DNA of 62,564 nucleotides, filler included, from Dirinaria sp. TL-2023a (Eukaryota): NCBI GenBank assembly GCA_051941275.1. It is 4 parts of 4 records of this genome, joined end to end, with 100 filler letters (N's around TTAATTAATTAA, not from the genome) between each part and the next. Parts side by side here need not be neighbours in the genome. Positions count along the whole stretch, not along the records: positions 47,016 to 62,564 come from JAVEBF010000540.1; 3 more parts are not named here. One strand, 5' to 3'. Shown piece by piece: positions 49,792 to 62,564 of this stretch (position 1 is its first letter; each line of letters starts with the position of its first letter). The notes under the pieces were generated by a model. It saw only the letters and a program-made list of their open reading frames with translations, ran no database searches and was not told where the DNA came from. The position numbers and the translations under genes were made by a program.

Positions 49792-50630
49792 GGTACCGAC
49801 AATGTCTGGGACTCAGGCAGGCCAGCTTTTTAGGGAAAGCGGCGAGCTTGTGGAGTGTAGCTAAATAATATTGAATGTTGAAAGACTTTTGGGACCTTCC
49901 CCGCCATTATTATTGTTTCATAAACGATTTATCTTGGCCGCTAGAGATCCGGTCACATGCCGCCACGAACCTTCAATCCCTGCCTTTCATTACCTTGGGA
50001 AGCCGCAAGACCAAGATGAAGCATAGGTATACAAAATCTCCCGATTAGGGCAATTAATGTGCTATAATTTTGGTGCTTGTTACCCAAGGAACATCATAAC
50101 TGGGAAGGAGAAAATGAGCAGCTCGTGTGCATCCATTCAATTCAGCTCCAGAGCTTCAGAGCTACCCCGCCTGCCCCCCACCTAAAATTCAATTAGATCG
50201 GATTCGAAAGGAAGCAAACCAACTTCCACCGCTCGACCACTTTATTCCAACATCGAAGAAGCTTCTCTTCATCATATGGCGCTAATGTTGCATGAAACTA
50301 GATATGGCTTCTTATGATAAACGTCCATGTTGTGGTCTCTTATGGAAAAATTCAACCTTCTATGCTAATAGATGTCTATACCCCCTTGATAGAATGGAGA
50401 GTGTAAGTGGCCCAGCTATGATACAATATGTACAGTGTGTGAGCGGCGACCCAGCAATTGCTCAAAACCGCTACCGCCCAATGCAGAGTGCGGAAATGCA
50501 AATAGCTCCTCGTACCATATGTACATTCGATATGCAGAGTGACCGACGCCATTCGGGCCGAGCCAGAAGCTCCCATGTGTATGTACTCGTACCGTGTTAT
50601 AAGGAAATGTCGGATTGCTTCCCAAGAATG

Positions 50631-53600
50631 TTACGCTGCACTGGCAACCTTGCTTCCTCCTCGTCGCTTGGGATTCGTGCGAGTCGATCGTTTTTTGTTA
50701 GGAGTACTCTTTGACGTATCCCCTCCTCCCTCAATAAACTTCATCAGCTCATCGATGTTGCGCGAATCCAGACTGCGGTTGCCGGAGTCTTGACCTCGGG
50801 TCATGTCGGCCGTGGACTGTCCGACTTGTGCTAACGGTCTGGTTCCCATGGTCACTCGAGGGGCCATCAGGACCCGTCGTATCCGTCGAGATTGCAGATC
50901 TTTGGCCTGCTTGGCAATCGAGACAGCGGTTTGTGTCAGCTGCTCTAGCCAGCTCTCCGATTCTTTGGTATTACGGTCCTCGGGGCCAAGCTTGCTGTAG
51001 AACACATTATACGCGTCTCTCATACGGGCTACTGCACCTTTGGGGTCTCCATCCAAAGCAAGTGCTTGCGCCAATTGGAAAGACAGTGTTGCAGTGCTGA
51101 CAGATGATTTGCCCGATATTTCTTCGCAAACGCCGATCGATGCCTCAAACCACAGCCGTGATTCATGGAAGAGCTTCAGCTGTTGAAGCATCACTGCGGC
51201 ATTGTTTATGGTAGTCATCGAGTCAGGATGTCCGGAACCATACACGACTTTCCAAAGCTCCAAAGCATGCCGTACGCAGGACAAGGCAGCAATCGTATTG
51301 CCATTCCCGTGCTCAAACAAGCCTAGATTCAGGTAGCTGAGGATGGTCTCATTAGAGTCAATGCCTAGCGTCCGCTCAGAAACAATGACGGCTTTGTGAG
51401 CTAGCTCGACTGCCGCGTTCTTCTCGTTCATCTGGTAATAGAGCATCGCTAACTGATGGTAAACTCTTGCCACCTCAGGGTGTACGACACCGTACACCTG
51501 CTCGTGGAGCGACATCGACTGAAGCAACAATTCTTGCCCGATATCTCGTTGATTTTGCATGATGGAGATTCGCCCGGCTTCAAGGGCCTCTTCTGCGAGC
51601 GTGCTCCTAGGGCAGGCATCCTTTACCACCGGCACAAAGTTCAAGATATCATCTGGTAAAAAGGTCAAGCTTGGGTTAGGAAGATGTGGCACATGTGCGG
51701 AGACCGGCGAATTGCGATCCCCACCCTTCTTCTTCTTCCTTCCGGAGACTCCGTTCATTCCATTTACGGCATGGTCTTCCAGGACTCCATTGGATTCATT
51801 AATTGCGGCACTACCATTCTGGAGTCGCGCTATGTGACCGTTTTGACCATGAGACTGGGGCTTGGTAAAATGGTAGTCCTTTCCGACAAGTTGAAGACCA
51901 AGCTTCAGCGCTATCTCTCGGAGAAGCTGTAGATGTTTGATATCAGAGCACCAGGAGGTGGCCAGGACGTGTTTAAAGCGAAGTTTAACCTGATACTCCA
52001 CTTCCTTTTTCAGCGCAGCTGCTGTAACCTGCGCGAATGAGTAATCGGCATCCTTGTGAAGATCTTTCAAGTCTTGATTAATTGCTACGGTAGGTTTATC
52101 ATTCAGCTCAGTCCCAAGTAGACAGTTGAGAAGATGAGCTAAGCAAGTCGTCGCAAAACAGGACGGCAAGCTCTTTAAATACTGATTGGCTATGTGCTTG
52201 AATGCTCTAGCAAGCATTTCCTGAATCACGAGTGCGCTAAGTGCTTGCATGCGCGGATCACGTTGCTCTTTGGCAAGACTCATAAGTTTGCCAAAGTACC
52301 TCAGGTTGATGCCTCGCTTGTGCAGCAGTCGACTCAATGACTGGCCATCCATAGGAAAGCCGACTTCTCCTTCTATGAGATCTTGGATCTGTTTGTCACC
52401 AAAAGTAAGGTAGTCGTTCGATCAATTGGACTGCAATGCTTACCAGCTCTGGTATGACTTTCTCATGAAGAAAGTCACACACTGCCCGCACATCTCGCTC
52501 ATCATTAGCCAGCTCCTCCTTTTCTTCATCGGTTTGCGGTACCTGCCCGCAGAAAACGTCGGGATTTAGCGAGAGAGAAAACCCTGAGATGTCGACACGC
52601 TCATCTTTCGTATCTCCTGGAGTGTCAACGTCATTCAGTATTGGCTCAGTCCCATGTTCAGCTTTGTCCTCAGCTGTCACCTGTGGCTGTGAAGCAATTG
52701 GACACTTCTGAAGTGCGCTTTTACTGGGTTCGGATTTTCGCTTCTCCACCTCGCCCTTGACGTAGTCACTTAACTTCAGCCTCCAATACGCTTCCACGAG
52801 CTCCGGTCTCAGCACTGTCATACGGTGTGGATAATCACGGCCTTCAGCCTTGGCGGCTCCATCTACTGAATCGCTCCAGTACTCTTCAAGCCACGAGATG
52901 TCTAACGGGGTCAGCCTGTACAAATCGAGAATATATCTTCGCCCATCTGTGCCTAATAACCCTTTTGTTTCAACACTTCCTTCTAAAAGATGTTTCTTTC
53001 CTTGTTTGTCCCATACAGCGTGCTTTTTAACCCGCAAGGCTTTGGACACCTTAGAGAATGTTGGCACGAAGGCCTCGTTGTCCGCAACAACGTCCCTTCC
53101 TTCAACACCTCCGTAGTCAACTTGGTGCTCATCAGGCTCCCGCTGCTTAAATATCCCGGGGACGATACTTTGGGCAACGAGACGCTTCCCAAGATAGTCG
53201 ACAATGATCGTACCAGGAGTTGCTAGGCCGGTAATATCAAGCTGGTTAACTTGTTTTACGCCGCTGACATCTTTTCCTACTGCGACTCGTGCAGCTTCAT
53301 CGCCACCTTCAGTAGCAAAAGTACCAACACCATCAGCTCCGTACGAGTAGAAGATGTTATTATATACGAATATCTGAGCGTCTTTGCCTTCCGTGGGATT
53401 TAGGGGTGGCACTTCGCCCTTTGCAACCATTACTGCTCCGCGAGCGGCAGCTTCGTTAAATTCGGCCAGAATTTTGGCCATGAGCCGCTCTCTGAAAACT
53501 CGATCATGAACAGCTTCTCTGGTTAGTTCTCGAGTTGATTGGATCTCCTCATTCCAGTCTCGCATTGTCTCTGTGTTCTCGACGCCAGACATCAGATACG

Positions 53601-54834
53601 TCTCTTGATTCCTAGTATAATCCGGCAGGTGAGACGTCAGTAATGATGATGTTTTTGAAACAAGCCAAGGGTTGGAGGGTATGGCGTTCGTGATCTGACA
53701 GCTTGTCAATGGATCCCGCCTGTTGTTACTTTCGACTAAGGACTGAAACGAATCGTTGAATGACGGAGATAGATCGGCGACAAGAGAGAACAAGGAGTGT
53801 TTAGCAGCATTTTTGGGTGGTTGTTCTGGAAAGGGATCGAATTTGCTGTTTGAGGATCTATTGACAAAGAACCCGGTGACGTGAGAAGTAATATGGAACT
53901 GCTTGCCCTCGTTAGTCGTGAGCTGCAGGTACAGAAGATGGCCACGTTGTCTGAGATTATTGGGCGGAGGATTCCATGCAGAGACAGAAATTGATTGGAC
54001 GGTCTTCGGTAGTGGTTCCTCATCGGGAGGAAGAAGAGCAGTTATTGATGGCGGAGCATCAAAGGCGTAATCACTCAATGGGTGTTCGCGACCTGATCGA
54101 GTTCCATATTTGAGCTTCTCCTTGGTGTTCAGGTAGCCTTCCGGTGCCATCGCAGACACTACGAAGTCGTGCAGAGACAGTCCAGCATGGATGCCATGCA
54201 ATGAGTCCGGCCTGTTGCCGGCGGCCCCAATTATTTCTCGTACTCTCAGTACATGCATCCGTGCTTCTCTCTCAGTGTATGGATCTTCTATCAGCCGCAG
54301 TTCCGAATGCTGTCCAAGGCCTTTGACTTCTGAAACCTCGACATGGTCATTGATCCGGTTACCGTTGTGTTCAAGATGAAAGCATGTATACTGAAAAGCT
54401 TCCGGCATCTCAATTATGGACTGTCGAAGGTCCTGTATCTGCTCTTGATTCGATACCTGGGTCTTTTAGTGACATCCCCAAATTCCCAAAAGCATGTAGG
54501 TGCGGTAGTACCATGAGCTGGACTTTGTCTTGTTGGTGAGGAAGTTTGACCGTGAGCTGGAAGACATCTTCGAATGCTCAGCATTTTCTACGGTGTCTGC
54601 CGAGAATCCTACCTTCCAGAACCTGCTCATCGGCAATTGGGTCCTCTGTAGTCGGATTGGCAGCATGATCATGTGTGTTCGTCGGATGGCTCTTGTGCGA
54701 GTCAATGCGCGTATCTAGGGTTTCTACTACGTTTCCCGAAAATCAGTGAGAAACTGTTCCCTATGAAACGATTTCCAGGTCATGATTCAGAACCGACCTA
54801 AAGTACTGTTTACGTCACTGTTTGTCTCTGGCAT
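50631..54834 (-). CDS. CLU1: Clustered mitochondria protein (Clu1/TIF31)
   Basis: Motifs SAWNPPP..RQRGHLLYL, RDWNEEIQS, DYLGKRLVAQSIVPGI, KGLLGTDGRRYILDL, PMDGQSL..LH.RGIN.RY. C-terminal TPR repeats. Short 5' exons traced to ATG 54834. Confidence 0.95.
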
Positions 54835-55443
54835 TATGTTATTACGATGGGATGGTGGATATTGTACAGTGCGAAGGGTAGCGAAGTAGGGAGGAAGAGG
54901 TCGAAGGAGTGGAGTAGAAACAGAACCAGTACGGGAAAAATCCAGTGGAACAATGGTACAGAGTTAAAAGAAGGAAAGAAGGAGGAAATGAAGCTGGGAA
55001 AAAAAAAAGCCGAATTTCTCATGATGAGTGTTTTTAGGTTCGGGCGTTTCCGGCAAAGGAGCTCGAGCTACCGGTAGTCCGGATAGCTCTAGTCCTGGTA
55101 CGATTAACTGGTACGAGTAGTAAGGTAAGGTGCATAATTAAGTAGGTCCTCTAAGTAAGCAGTACTGCAAGCACAGTAAGCTAACCCCTGCAATGAGCTC
55201 CCGTCGGTACTCGGGAATCGGGACGCTCGATCCGCCGATATCGAAACGAACACCTTTCAATTGTTATATCCGTCGTGCGTGCACTTGGGGATTTGGATCT
55301 TGTGGATGCCTCCGCGACATTATTTGCTCGAGAAAATATTCACATCATTCGTGAGCTTCGCCTATACATGCTGCTGTAGCTTTACGTCCTAGGGGATTTG
55401 CCCCTTGATCCTGTCACTCCTCTTTTGAATCTCATTTACCATT

Positions 55444-56714
55444 ATGGCTCGGCGGAAACAAGCAGTGCCTCTGCAACGAGACGTATCAGATTTTCATAAA
55501 GGACCTCCAGAATCACCAGACCATGGATGGAAAATAAGCAATGGCGGCGGCCCCCTCAAGCAACAACCCATCAGCAATGGGCGACTGATGAATGAGGTGG
55601 TCCCCCAGATCCCCGCAGACCAAGCGGGCTTTACCCAGCTTCTGATATGCGTCGGCGGTATTTACGCATCTTTGTAAGTACCTTAAAGCCACCAGTCTTT
55701 GCGATTCTAGCTAATTGACCTCTTCACAGCCTGACCTGGGCCCTCCTTCAAGAGCGTATAACGACAACGCCTTACGGCCCCACGTCCTCGCCCTCTCGTT
55801 TTACCTACTCAATATTCCTCAATACCATTCAATCTACATTCGCCGCATTATCTGGCTATCTGTACCTCATCTTCTCCAGTCCCCGGTCCAAACCTGTACC
55901 CGCGATCTTCCCGTCACAGTCCATCATCTTCCCTCTTGTCCTCGTCGCGGTCACTTCGTCCCTCGCGTCGCCCTTCGGCTATGCATCTCTTGTCCATATC
56001 GACTACATCACCTTCATCCTTGCAAAGTCGTGCAAGTTATTGCCAGTTATGTTCCTGCACCTTACGATTTTTCGCAAAAGATATCCATTGTATAAGTATC
56101 TGGTGATCGGGCTTGTGACGGCTGGCGTTGCTGTATTCACGCTGTATCATCCTTCCGCCTCGAAGAAGTCATCCAAGCAAGCAACCAACTCCGTTTGGGG
56201 TCTTTCGTTGCTCGGTATCAACCTCTTGTTCGATGGCCTTACGAATAGCACCCAAGACCACATTTTCAGCACATTCCGCCCTTATAGCGGACCGCAAATG
56301 ATGGTCGCGCAAAACGTGCTCTCTACGCTGCTCACGGTCGGCTATCTCGTTATTTCGCCTTACCTTCCTTCAACGTTAGTAAAGTCGCCCAATGAGCTAT
56401 CTTCCGCCCTAGCTTTCGTTCGCGATAATCCAGCCGTGGGAAAGGACGTCCTTCTCTTCTGCCTTTGCGGCGCTGTTGGCCAGATATTCATTTACTACAC
56501 GCTGAGCAACTTCTCGAGTCTGCTACTGGTCACAGTGACGGTCACCCGGAAGATGTTGACCATGATGCTGAGCGTGCTATGGTTTGGTCATAAGTTGACC
56601 GGAATGCAGTGGATTGGCGTTGGGCTGGTCTTTGGTGGGGTTGGTGCAGAAGGTTGGATTGCGAGACGAGAAAAAGCCGCCAAAGAGAGAGCGAAGAGGG
56701 AGAAGAAAATCTAG
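55444..56714 (+). CDS. HUT1: UDP-galactose transporter homolog (UAA family, SLC35B1-like), 2 exons
   Basis: ICVGGIYASF^LTWALLQER, LAKSCKLLPVM, LLFDGLTNSTQD, VTVTVTRKMLT. Intron ~55674-55729. Confidence 0.9.
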
Positions 56715-57080
56715 GGGAGGGATGATGCATTGATCTTGGCGTTAAGCTGTGCTCTGGATGAAGATATAGAAGCATGTGCTGGTGTAGGATATCCCATTAT
56801 TCCAGGGAATGTAGACCGTTATAGAAATACAGTTAAGGCTTATTTGCATAAAGTAGACTCCTCAATCAACCCTCCAATGGGAATCTTTGGATTTCAGGTC
56901 GAGCTTAGAACGGGTCCAATAGAAAGCTGAAAAGTACCTAGTGTAAGTTAGAAAGGTACCTGACTATCCTGTAGCTCAAGGTGAGGTAGAAAAATGGATT
57001 CATCATTTTATGAATTATGAAAAAAAAAAAGGGGTGGTTTCATAACTTTATATTTTTAATTGTTAGCTCTAGAAAACATA

Positions 57081-57256
57081 GCGGGTATTGGCGCAGTGGT
57101 AACCAACCCTGGTTGTAAATCCCAGTCAAGAACACCCAAAAACCCCAATGAAGCCTGAACTCTGGCCTCTGCCCTTATAGTACAGGGTATACCAGGAGGG
57201 GTTTGGTAAGGCCCGGTTCCCCAAAAGGGGAGCCGGCCTGAGCTTTTGCTGTTTTT
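57081..57256 (+). ncRNA. Candidate RNA polymerase III-type transcript or tRNA-derived element (unidentified)
   Basis: A-box TGGCGCAGTGG 57089-57099. GC-rich hairpin 57209-57239 followed by T-runs. B-box-like GGTTCGAACTC 57335-57345. Confidence 0.3.
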
Positions 57257-57751
57257 AAAAAAAGATCAAAGGTTTTTGGCATGTACAGCCTTTGATTGGG
57301 TGCTGGAAATTGATTCCAAGAAGGAGAACGGCGTGGTTCGAACTCTCGACCGAGATTCAAATCTGTGATGCTATCCAAATTTTAGGGCTTATCTAGGGCT
57401 ACGTCAGGAGTTAATCCGTTCTAAATCATTAAGGTAAGCTTACCTACCTCAGGTATTCAACTCTCAACCATCAAGAAAAGGGTCGAGTATACGAAATCTA
57501 CGTGTCGTTTCTGAAGCACGTTGCCCAAGTGACGTACATACTATCCAGCAGTAAAAGCACGCTCAATCCAAACCGTAATCCACAATTTATTCGGACAACA
57601 ACCCTCATTGAAGGGGGATTAGAACAACATCCTAGTCACGAAATCCAGATTCATTTTCAGCTAATCTGCAGCTATTGCTTCAATTCGAGTCCGTAGCTCG
57701 GCCCTTCGGTGCGCATTCCAAGTCCGCGCAAGATCTTTTACATCCTCGTCA

Positions 57752-58948
57752 ATGCCCCAACGAGGAGGCCGAGGCCGAGGCGGTCGGGACGGCAAAAATT
57801 CAGGCAGTCATCTGCCTCGTGATGTGCAGGTGTCTAAAGCTTTGAGCTTGACGCTCCGGCATCGGGCCCAAAGCGATGGTTTGAAGATGGATAAGCATGG
57901 GTATGTAAACGTGGCCGAACTTGTAAGTCTCTTCGTTGTGCGGTTTTTGAATTACAGTCTGTATCTCTGATGCCATTTCGCGGATTTAATTTTTTTTTTT
58001 TTTTGGTGGTATCTGTTCCTTAGTTTCTGCGATTGCAATAGTCGCGATTTTTTCCTGGTAGCGATTACAAGGAACATATTGCAAAAAAGTCAGGATGTCT
58101 TGAAGGCATGGAGCCCATGGCAGCCTTAACCCAGATCCTCGGTATAGCTTTAAAACATTCCGAATCCTTCCCTAACGAGCATCTAGCTCTCTCTACGTCG
58201 ATTCCAAGTCCTATCCGTCACCCTCTCGGAAATCCAGGACATAGTAGCTACAAACGATAAACAGCGGTTCTCACTGATCCCATCTTCAACCTTTCCCTCC
58301 TCCCCATCACTATCACCATCCTCAAAAGCCTCTCAAAAATCCCTAGAAGAAAATCCATCCAACTACCTAATCCGCGCCAACCAAGGCCATTCCCTTCAAA
58401 TATCCTCAAAAGACCTATTGAAACCGATTCTCCCCACCGATCCCGACTGTCCGCACCAAGTTGTTCATGGGACTTATGCTGCGGCCTGGGAAGGGATTTG
58501 TAAGAGCGGTGGACTGAAGAAAATGGGTAGACAGCATATTCATTTCTCAACGGGAATACCAGAGTATCATCAGAAGGGAACCCCTTTTTCTTCGGGTTCT
58601 GCTGCGAAGCTTAATTCTTCCTCCAATGAAAAAGGGACCTCAAAACCCGCAACGGATGACGATGATGATGAAATAGTAGGGGAGGGCGCCAACTCCTCAA
58701 AGATAGACGCAGCGGGGGGCCAGGAACCTGTGATCTCCGGTATGCGCAAGAGCGCCACGAGAATGATTTGGGTCGACTTGGCGCGCAGCGTCGAACAGGG
58801 CCGGTTGAAATGGTGGAGAAGCGATAACGGAGTAATTTTGACTGAAGGGGATGAGGAAGGGATGGTGAAATTGGAATGGGTGGATCGGGTGGAGAAGAGA
58901 GGGACCGGGGAGGTTCTGTGGAGACGGGCGGAGGAAAAGGAGAAATGA
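57752..58948 (+). CDS. TPT1: tRNA 2'-phosphotransferase (Tpt1/KptA), 2 exons
   Basis: Motifs SKALSLTLRH, NDKQRF, IRANQGHS, VHGT, RQHIHFS, NGVILTEG. Intron ~57923-58186. Confidence 0.93.
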
Positions 58949-59878
58949 AGAAAGTGGTTGAACAAAGCAATGCTCACGGTTCGCCGTACTTCTCCTTCAT
59001 ACGCTCTCTATCTCTCTCTCGATTGAGGGCTATTTGTCCACCCCCCCAAAAAAAAAAAACAAAAAAAAAAACCCTCAAGCCGCAGCCGGACGATATATCC
59101 TTAAGCGAGGAGACATGAAGTATGTCTTTGAATACCTACACTACGCAAGCCTTAAAAAGGGAAAGAGAGAGAAAGAGAGAAAGGATTAGAAGGGAGAGTA
59201 GAGTCGATAAAAAAAAGAATTTCTGGGAGATATAATAGCCAGCCTCACAGGTAGGCAGTAGAGCGAAACATTTCTCCTAACATTTTAACAAAAAAAAAAA
59301 AAAAGCTGATAGGTGCAGGGGTTTCTTAGTAGCTCGAGGATGGACCTAAGAAATGTGATATCTACATTACCAGTCAGAGAGTCTACGACGCCTGAGAGAG
59401 ACATTTTACGACGCGGACGAAAGTACGTGGGATCTGAGAGCGGCAAGGTAAGGGAACGGATTTTAGATGGTTAAGCGTGAAAATGCTGAATAGGGAATCC
59501 AGGATTTACTTTGTGGAATTGCTGGTTCATCTGCATACTTTCACCTGTTCACACCGTGTCATGGACGAGTGAACCTGGTGGCTGCCTAATCAATCCGTCT
59601 ATAAAACCCGCCTCCTCCTCCTTCTTCCTCCTCTTCTACTTTTTTCTTCCCCCAGCAAGTCAAAGCATCCTGCACCACAACAGCTAGGGAAGGTAGTTAG
59701 TCGATCTTCATTCTTTTTTTTCTCCCTCGATCTGTCACCCTGATCATTTCTTTTTGCTCTGTGCGAGAACTGATTTTTGAAGGCTTTTGATCCAGTCATC
59801 CTGTTGTTACAATTACGAGTCCCACGGCCCCCCTGGCACACAATCAGCGTTGATTGCGTCCGCTCGTTATCTTGACGC

Positions 59879-60299
59879 AAGGCTCACTTTGGGCCTCAAT
59901 TGAACACCACGACCTTCTCTCTTTTGCTCATACCGGTATCTGTCACTTTTGCTGTCACCAGCACCTCACCGACACCAGCCCCCAAAAGGGGCAAGGGTTT
60001 CATTTTCAGCTTACACAAGCTACGAATTTTCCTTTCTTGCAATTCGGAACAGCTCATTTCCTACTCCATTGCGAAATTTTTGGCAACCCGTAACCGGAGC
60101 TTCGTGAGCGTTACATATTAATGAGCTCTGATTGAGATTGCCTTTACTTCTCATTATCTTGATTTAAGCTCACTTTGGACTTCCAATTGAGACGACGGCC
60201 TATTTCTCGCTCACCGGCGTCCGTTGCTTCTGCTGTCACCAATACCTCACCGGACCAGCACCAGAAAGCGGATTTTCACTTTCAGATCACACAGCTACT
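59879..60299 (+). repeat. Diverged direct repeat, two ~140-bp copies (~59879-60023 and ~60166-60299)
   Basis: Shared blocks GCTCACTTTGG..CAATTGA, TGCTGTCACCA..ACCTCACCG..CCAGC and TTTCA.TTTCAG..ACACA.GCTAC. Confidence 0.75.
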
Positions 60300-60545
60300 G
60301 GTGCTCTCCTATTGGAATTTAGCACTCACTTGAAGTGATGAGTCCTGCTCACCTCCCAAGTCGTAAGCTTCCCACCTTTCGCACCGGAATTGCATCGCTG
60401 ACTTTGCATAGTATCATTCTCAGTCTTTATTTACCCTCCATTGGACAAATAACAAACTCCAAGTCCGATCGATCTTGTGAGGCTGGCCGTTGCTACTAGT
60501 ACCCTTCATCAGAATCTTCAGAACCCCTTGCACACTTTTCGTCAA

Positions 60546-62073
60546 TATGCACCCTAACAAGCGCGAACTCGACCTCCGCAAGGATTTAGACACGTTCATG
60601 CGCATGGGAGCAGAGGGGCTCTCACCCTCATCTGCTAAATGGCTATCGAAACAGCGGGGCCTGAAATCGTTACTGCCGTTCCTTGCGCAAGCGACGCCGA
60701 GGACCGTAAGAGCGATGTTTGCGTCGGGGCTCAAGGAGGCAATGAAAGTTATCAATGAATCTCCAAGAGAGAGCTCGCAGAAGAGGCCTGCTGCAGAGTC
60801 TCAAGAGGCCTCCTGTGCAAAGAAGGCTAGAAAGGAAGGCGTTGAGCAGTTGGGAAAGATCTTGTCCCAGAGAACAGGAGCTCAAGTAAGTCGTGTCAAG
60901 GTCCTGGAAGAGGGCTGAGAAACTGACTCAGTGAACTAGGTACAGTCGGGCGAGAGCGAGGCGATGAGTCATCTACGCAAAACCTTAGAAGAGGACGGGG
61001 AGGACGACGTGGTGCTCGCTTCTGAGCAAGCGTCAGATTTTGAAGAGGAGTATGACGATGTCTCGCACGAAGAGGAGCAAGATAGTTTCTTCGTTGGAGA
61101 AAATTCTGGAATTCAGATGGACAACCAATCATTCCCCGAAGACTGCAACGCGGAATCTGATGGCAAGATCGAAAAGGTGTCCTCCGTCGAGCTGGGACTT
61201 ACCCAGGAAAATCAGCCAGTGTTGGAACAAGTGGCCGAAGAGTGCCACCACTTACTGCCGGAGCGTGGCGATCGCCTCCAATCTGAGTTGAAGCCGATCT
61301 TCAAAGCCTGTTCCAAGCTTTCGTTTCTGAAGGTCCAGTATCAACTGGTCCAATTCCTGGAGAGCCGGTACAAGGCACCTCAGCACAAGATGCAGAAGCT
61401 GCCGAGCTCGTGGGAGACGAGCGATCCGCATAGCATATTCAACAACCTGCAGATGTTGGATATGCACTCGCTCGAAACCAAGATCTACTAACTGTACGGA
61501 CGCATGTGGTTGCACGCTGTGATCCAGGAGAAAGCCGCCGCCAGCGACAACAAGGCGAAGCTGGCCGATCTGCTCCAGGAAATCGTCGTCGACGGAGCGG
61601 AGACCCAGATCTCGCCCGCGGAAATGACGAGGATCGTCGATCGGTACAAGGAGGAATATAATGCAGGCCGGAAATGGCTCGAAGTCTCGCTTTGGTTCGG
61701 AGGCATGGGTGCCGTGCTCGTGTTCGTTGTTGCAGGTACGTTTCTCTCTCTTTCTCTCGGACTTCCTACTCCTCAGTTTCAATCTCCGACACTGACAATG
61801 ACTGCTACAGGCCTGCCCGTGTATCAGATATCCAAGGAGTGGACGATGGCACAGAGACGCTGCTTCGAACACATCGCGAGCCACTTCCTGAGCATCAAAT
61901 CGCTCGTCCAAAACCTCGGCCCCACCTCCCTGAAAGATTTCTGCGAAAACGGATACCTGGCCGAGGAAATCATCGCTAAGATCGGTCAAGTCGAAGGACC
62001 GGAGCGGAGCTGGGAGGAGGACGTCGATGATGAAGAAGAAGAATCTGATGAGGACTCCGAATCTTCGTTCTAA
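60546..62073 (+). pseudogene. Hypothetical protein gene (2 introns) with one in-frame TAA at 61489-61491
   Basis: ATG 60546. Introns ~60886-60939 and ~61736-61810. ORFs 60964 and 61504 are in the same frame (ETKIY*LYGRMWLH). Acidic tail. Confidence 0.6.
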
Positions 62074-62564
62074 GGCATGATAACCGCAAGGAGATATTTT
62101 TTCCCGGCAAGTATTTTAGCGCTCTTGCATCTACTTCGTCCTTCTTGAGGTGCAACCATTGCCATCCATTGGACGACACACAAGATGTTGTTATTACGAA
62201 CTCACTCTTTCAATATGGCGCCAGCATTTATTTTCCTTTCGCTTGGCCTCGTCGGTCAATATCACTACAACACAATTTCGATGCATTCTCACTTCCAAGC
62301 ATTCCCTTTATCATCTCCTGCCACTCTTAGGACTCGCTGGGAACTTCAATCAAACAGCCCACACATCCCTACCTTATCTCAATCCAACTAACTCCTGCAT
62401 CTCACCACCATCATCATAGCTAGCTAGCCATTGTACATCCATAATATAACATACATAAGTAGCATCAATCAATCAAACCTATTTACGGCAAAATGACCAT
62501 GTGATTTTGACTGCCGGTGACACGCCTCCCTCCAAAACCCCCCCCCCCCCAAATTAGATATAAC

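Overview
Intron-rich genomic DNA from a filamentous ascomycete (Pezizomycotina; lichen-forming affinity is only a guess). The window is not one locus. Three identical 100-nt spacers (44 N + TTAATTAATTAA + 44 N) join four contigs of descending length (15598, 15564, 15553, 15549 bp), so synteny is meaningful only within a contig. Contigs 1, 2 and 4 are mostly housekeeping genes: GRX5, tRNA-Pro(UGG), BCAT, an ABCC transporter, Ser/Thr dehydratase, MND1, RRN10-like, CSA/RAD28-like, a CobW GTPase, GST-kappa, ArfGAP-UBA, glycogenin, CLU1, HUT1 and TPT1. They also carry two genes with single in-frame stops. Contig 3 (31363-46915) is accessory. Two inverted copies of a MITE (one complete, with an 8-bp TSD) bracket a large secreted modular protein. 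After splicing, that protein shows a GLEGC-x14-H motif resembling the CNF1/CheD cysteine-deamidase active site, flanked by Kex2-type KR sites; this is the best candidate for an undescribed system. The same contig holds decaying ORFs, a split GIY-YIG nuclease-like ORF and a mucin-like PAN-domain protein. All calls are from motif recognition and manual splicing; no searches were run.
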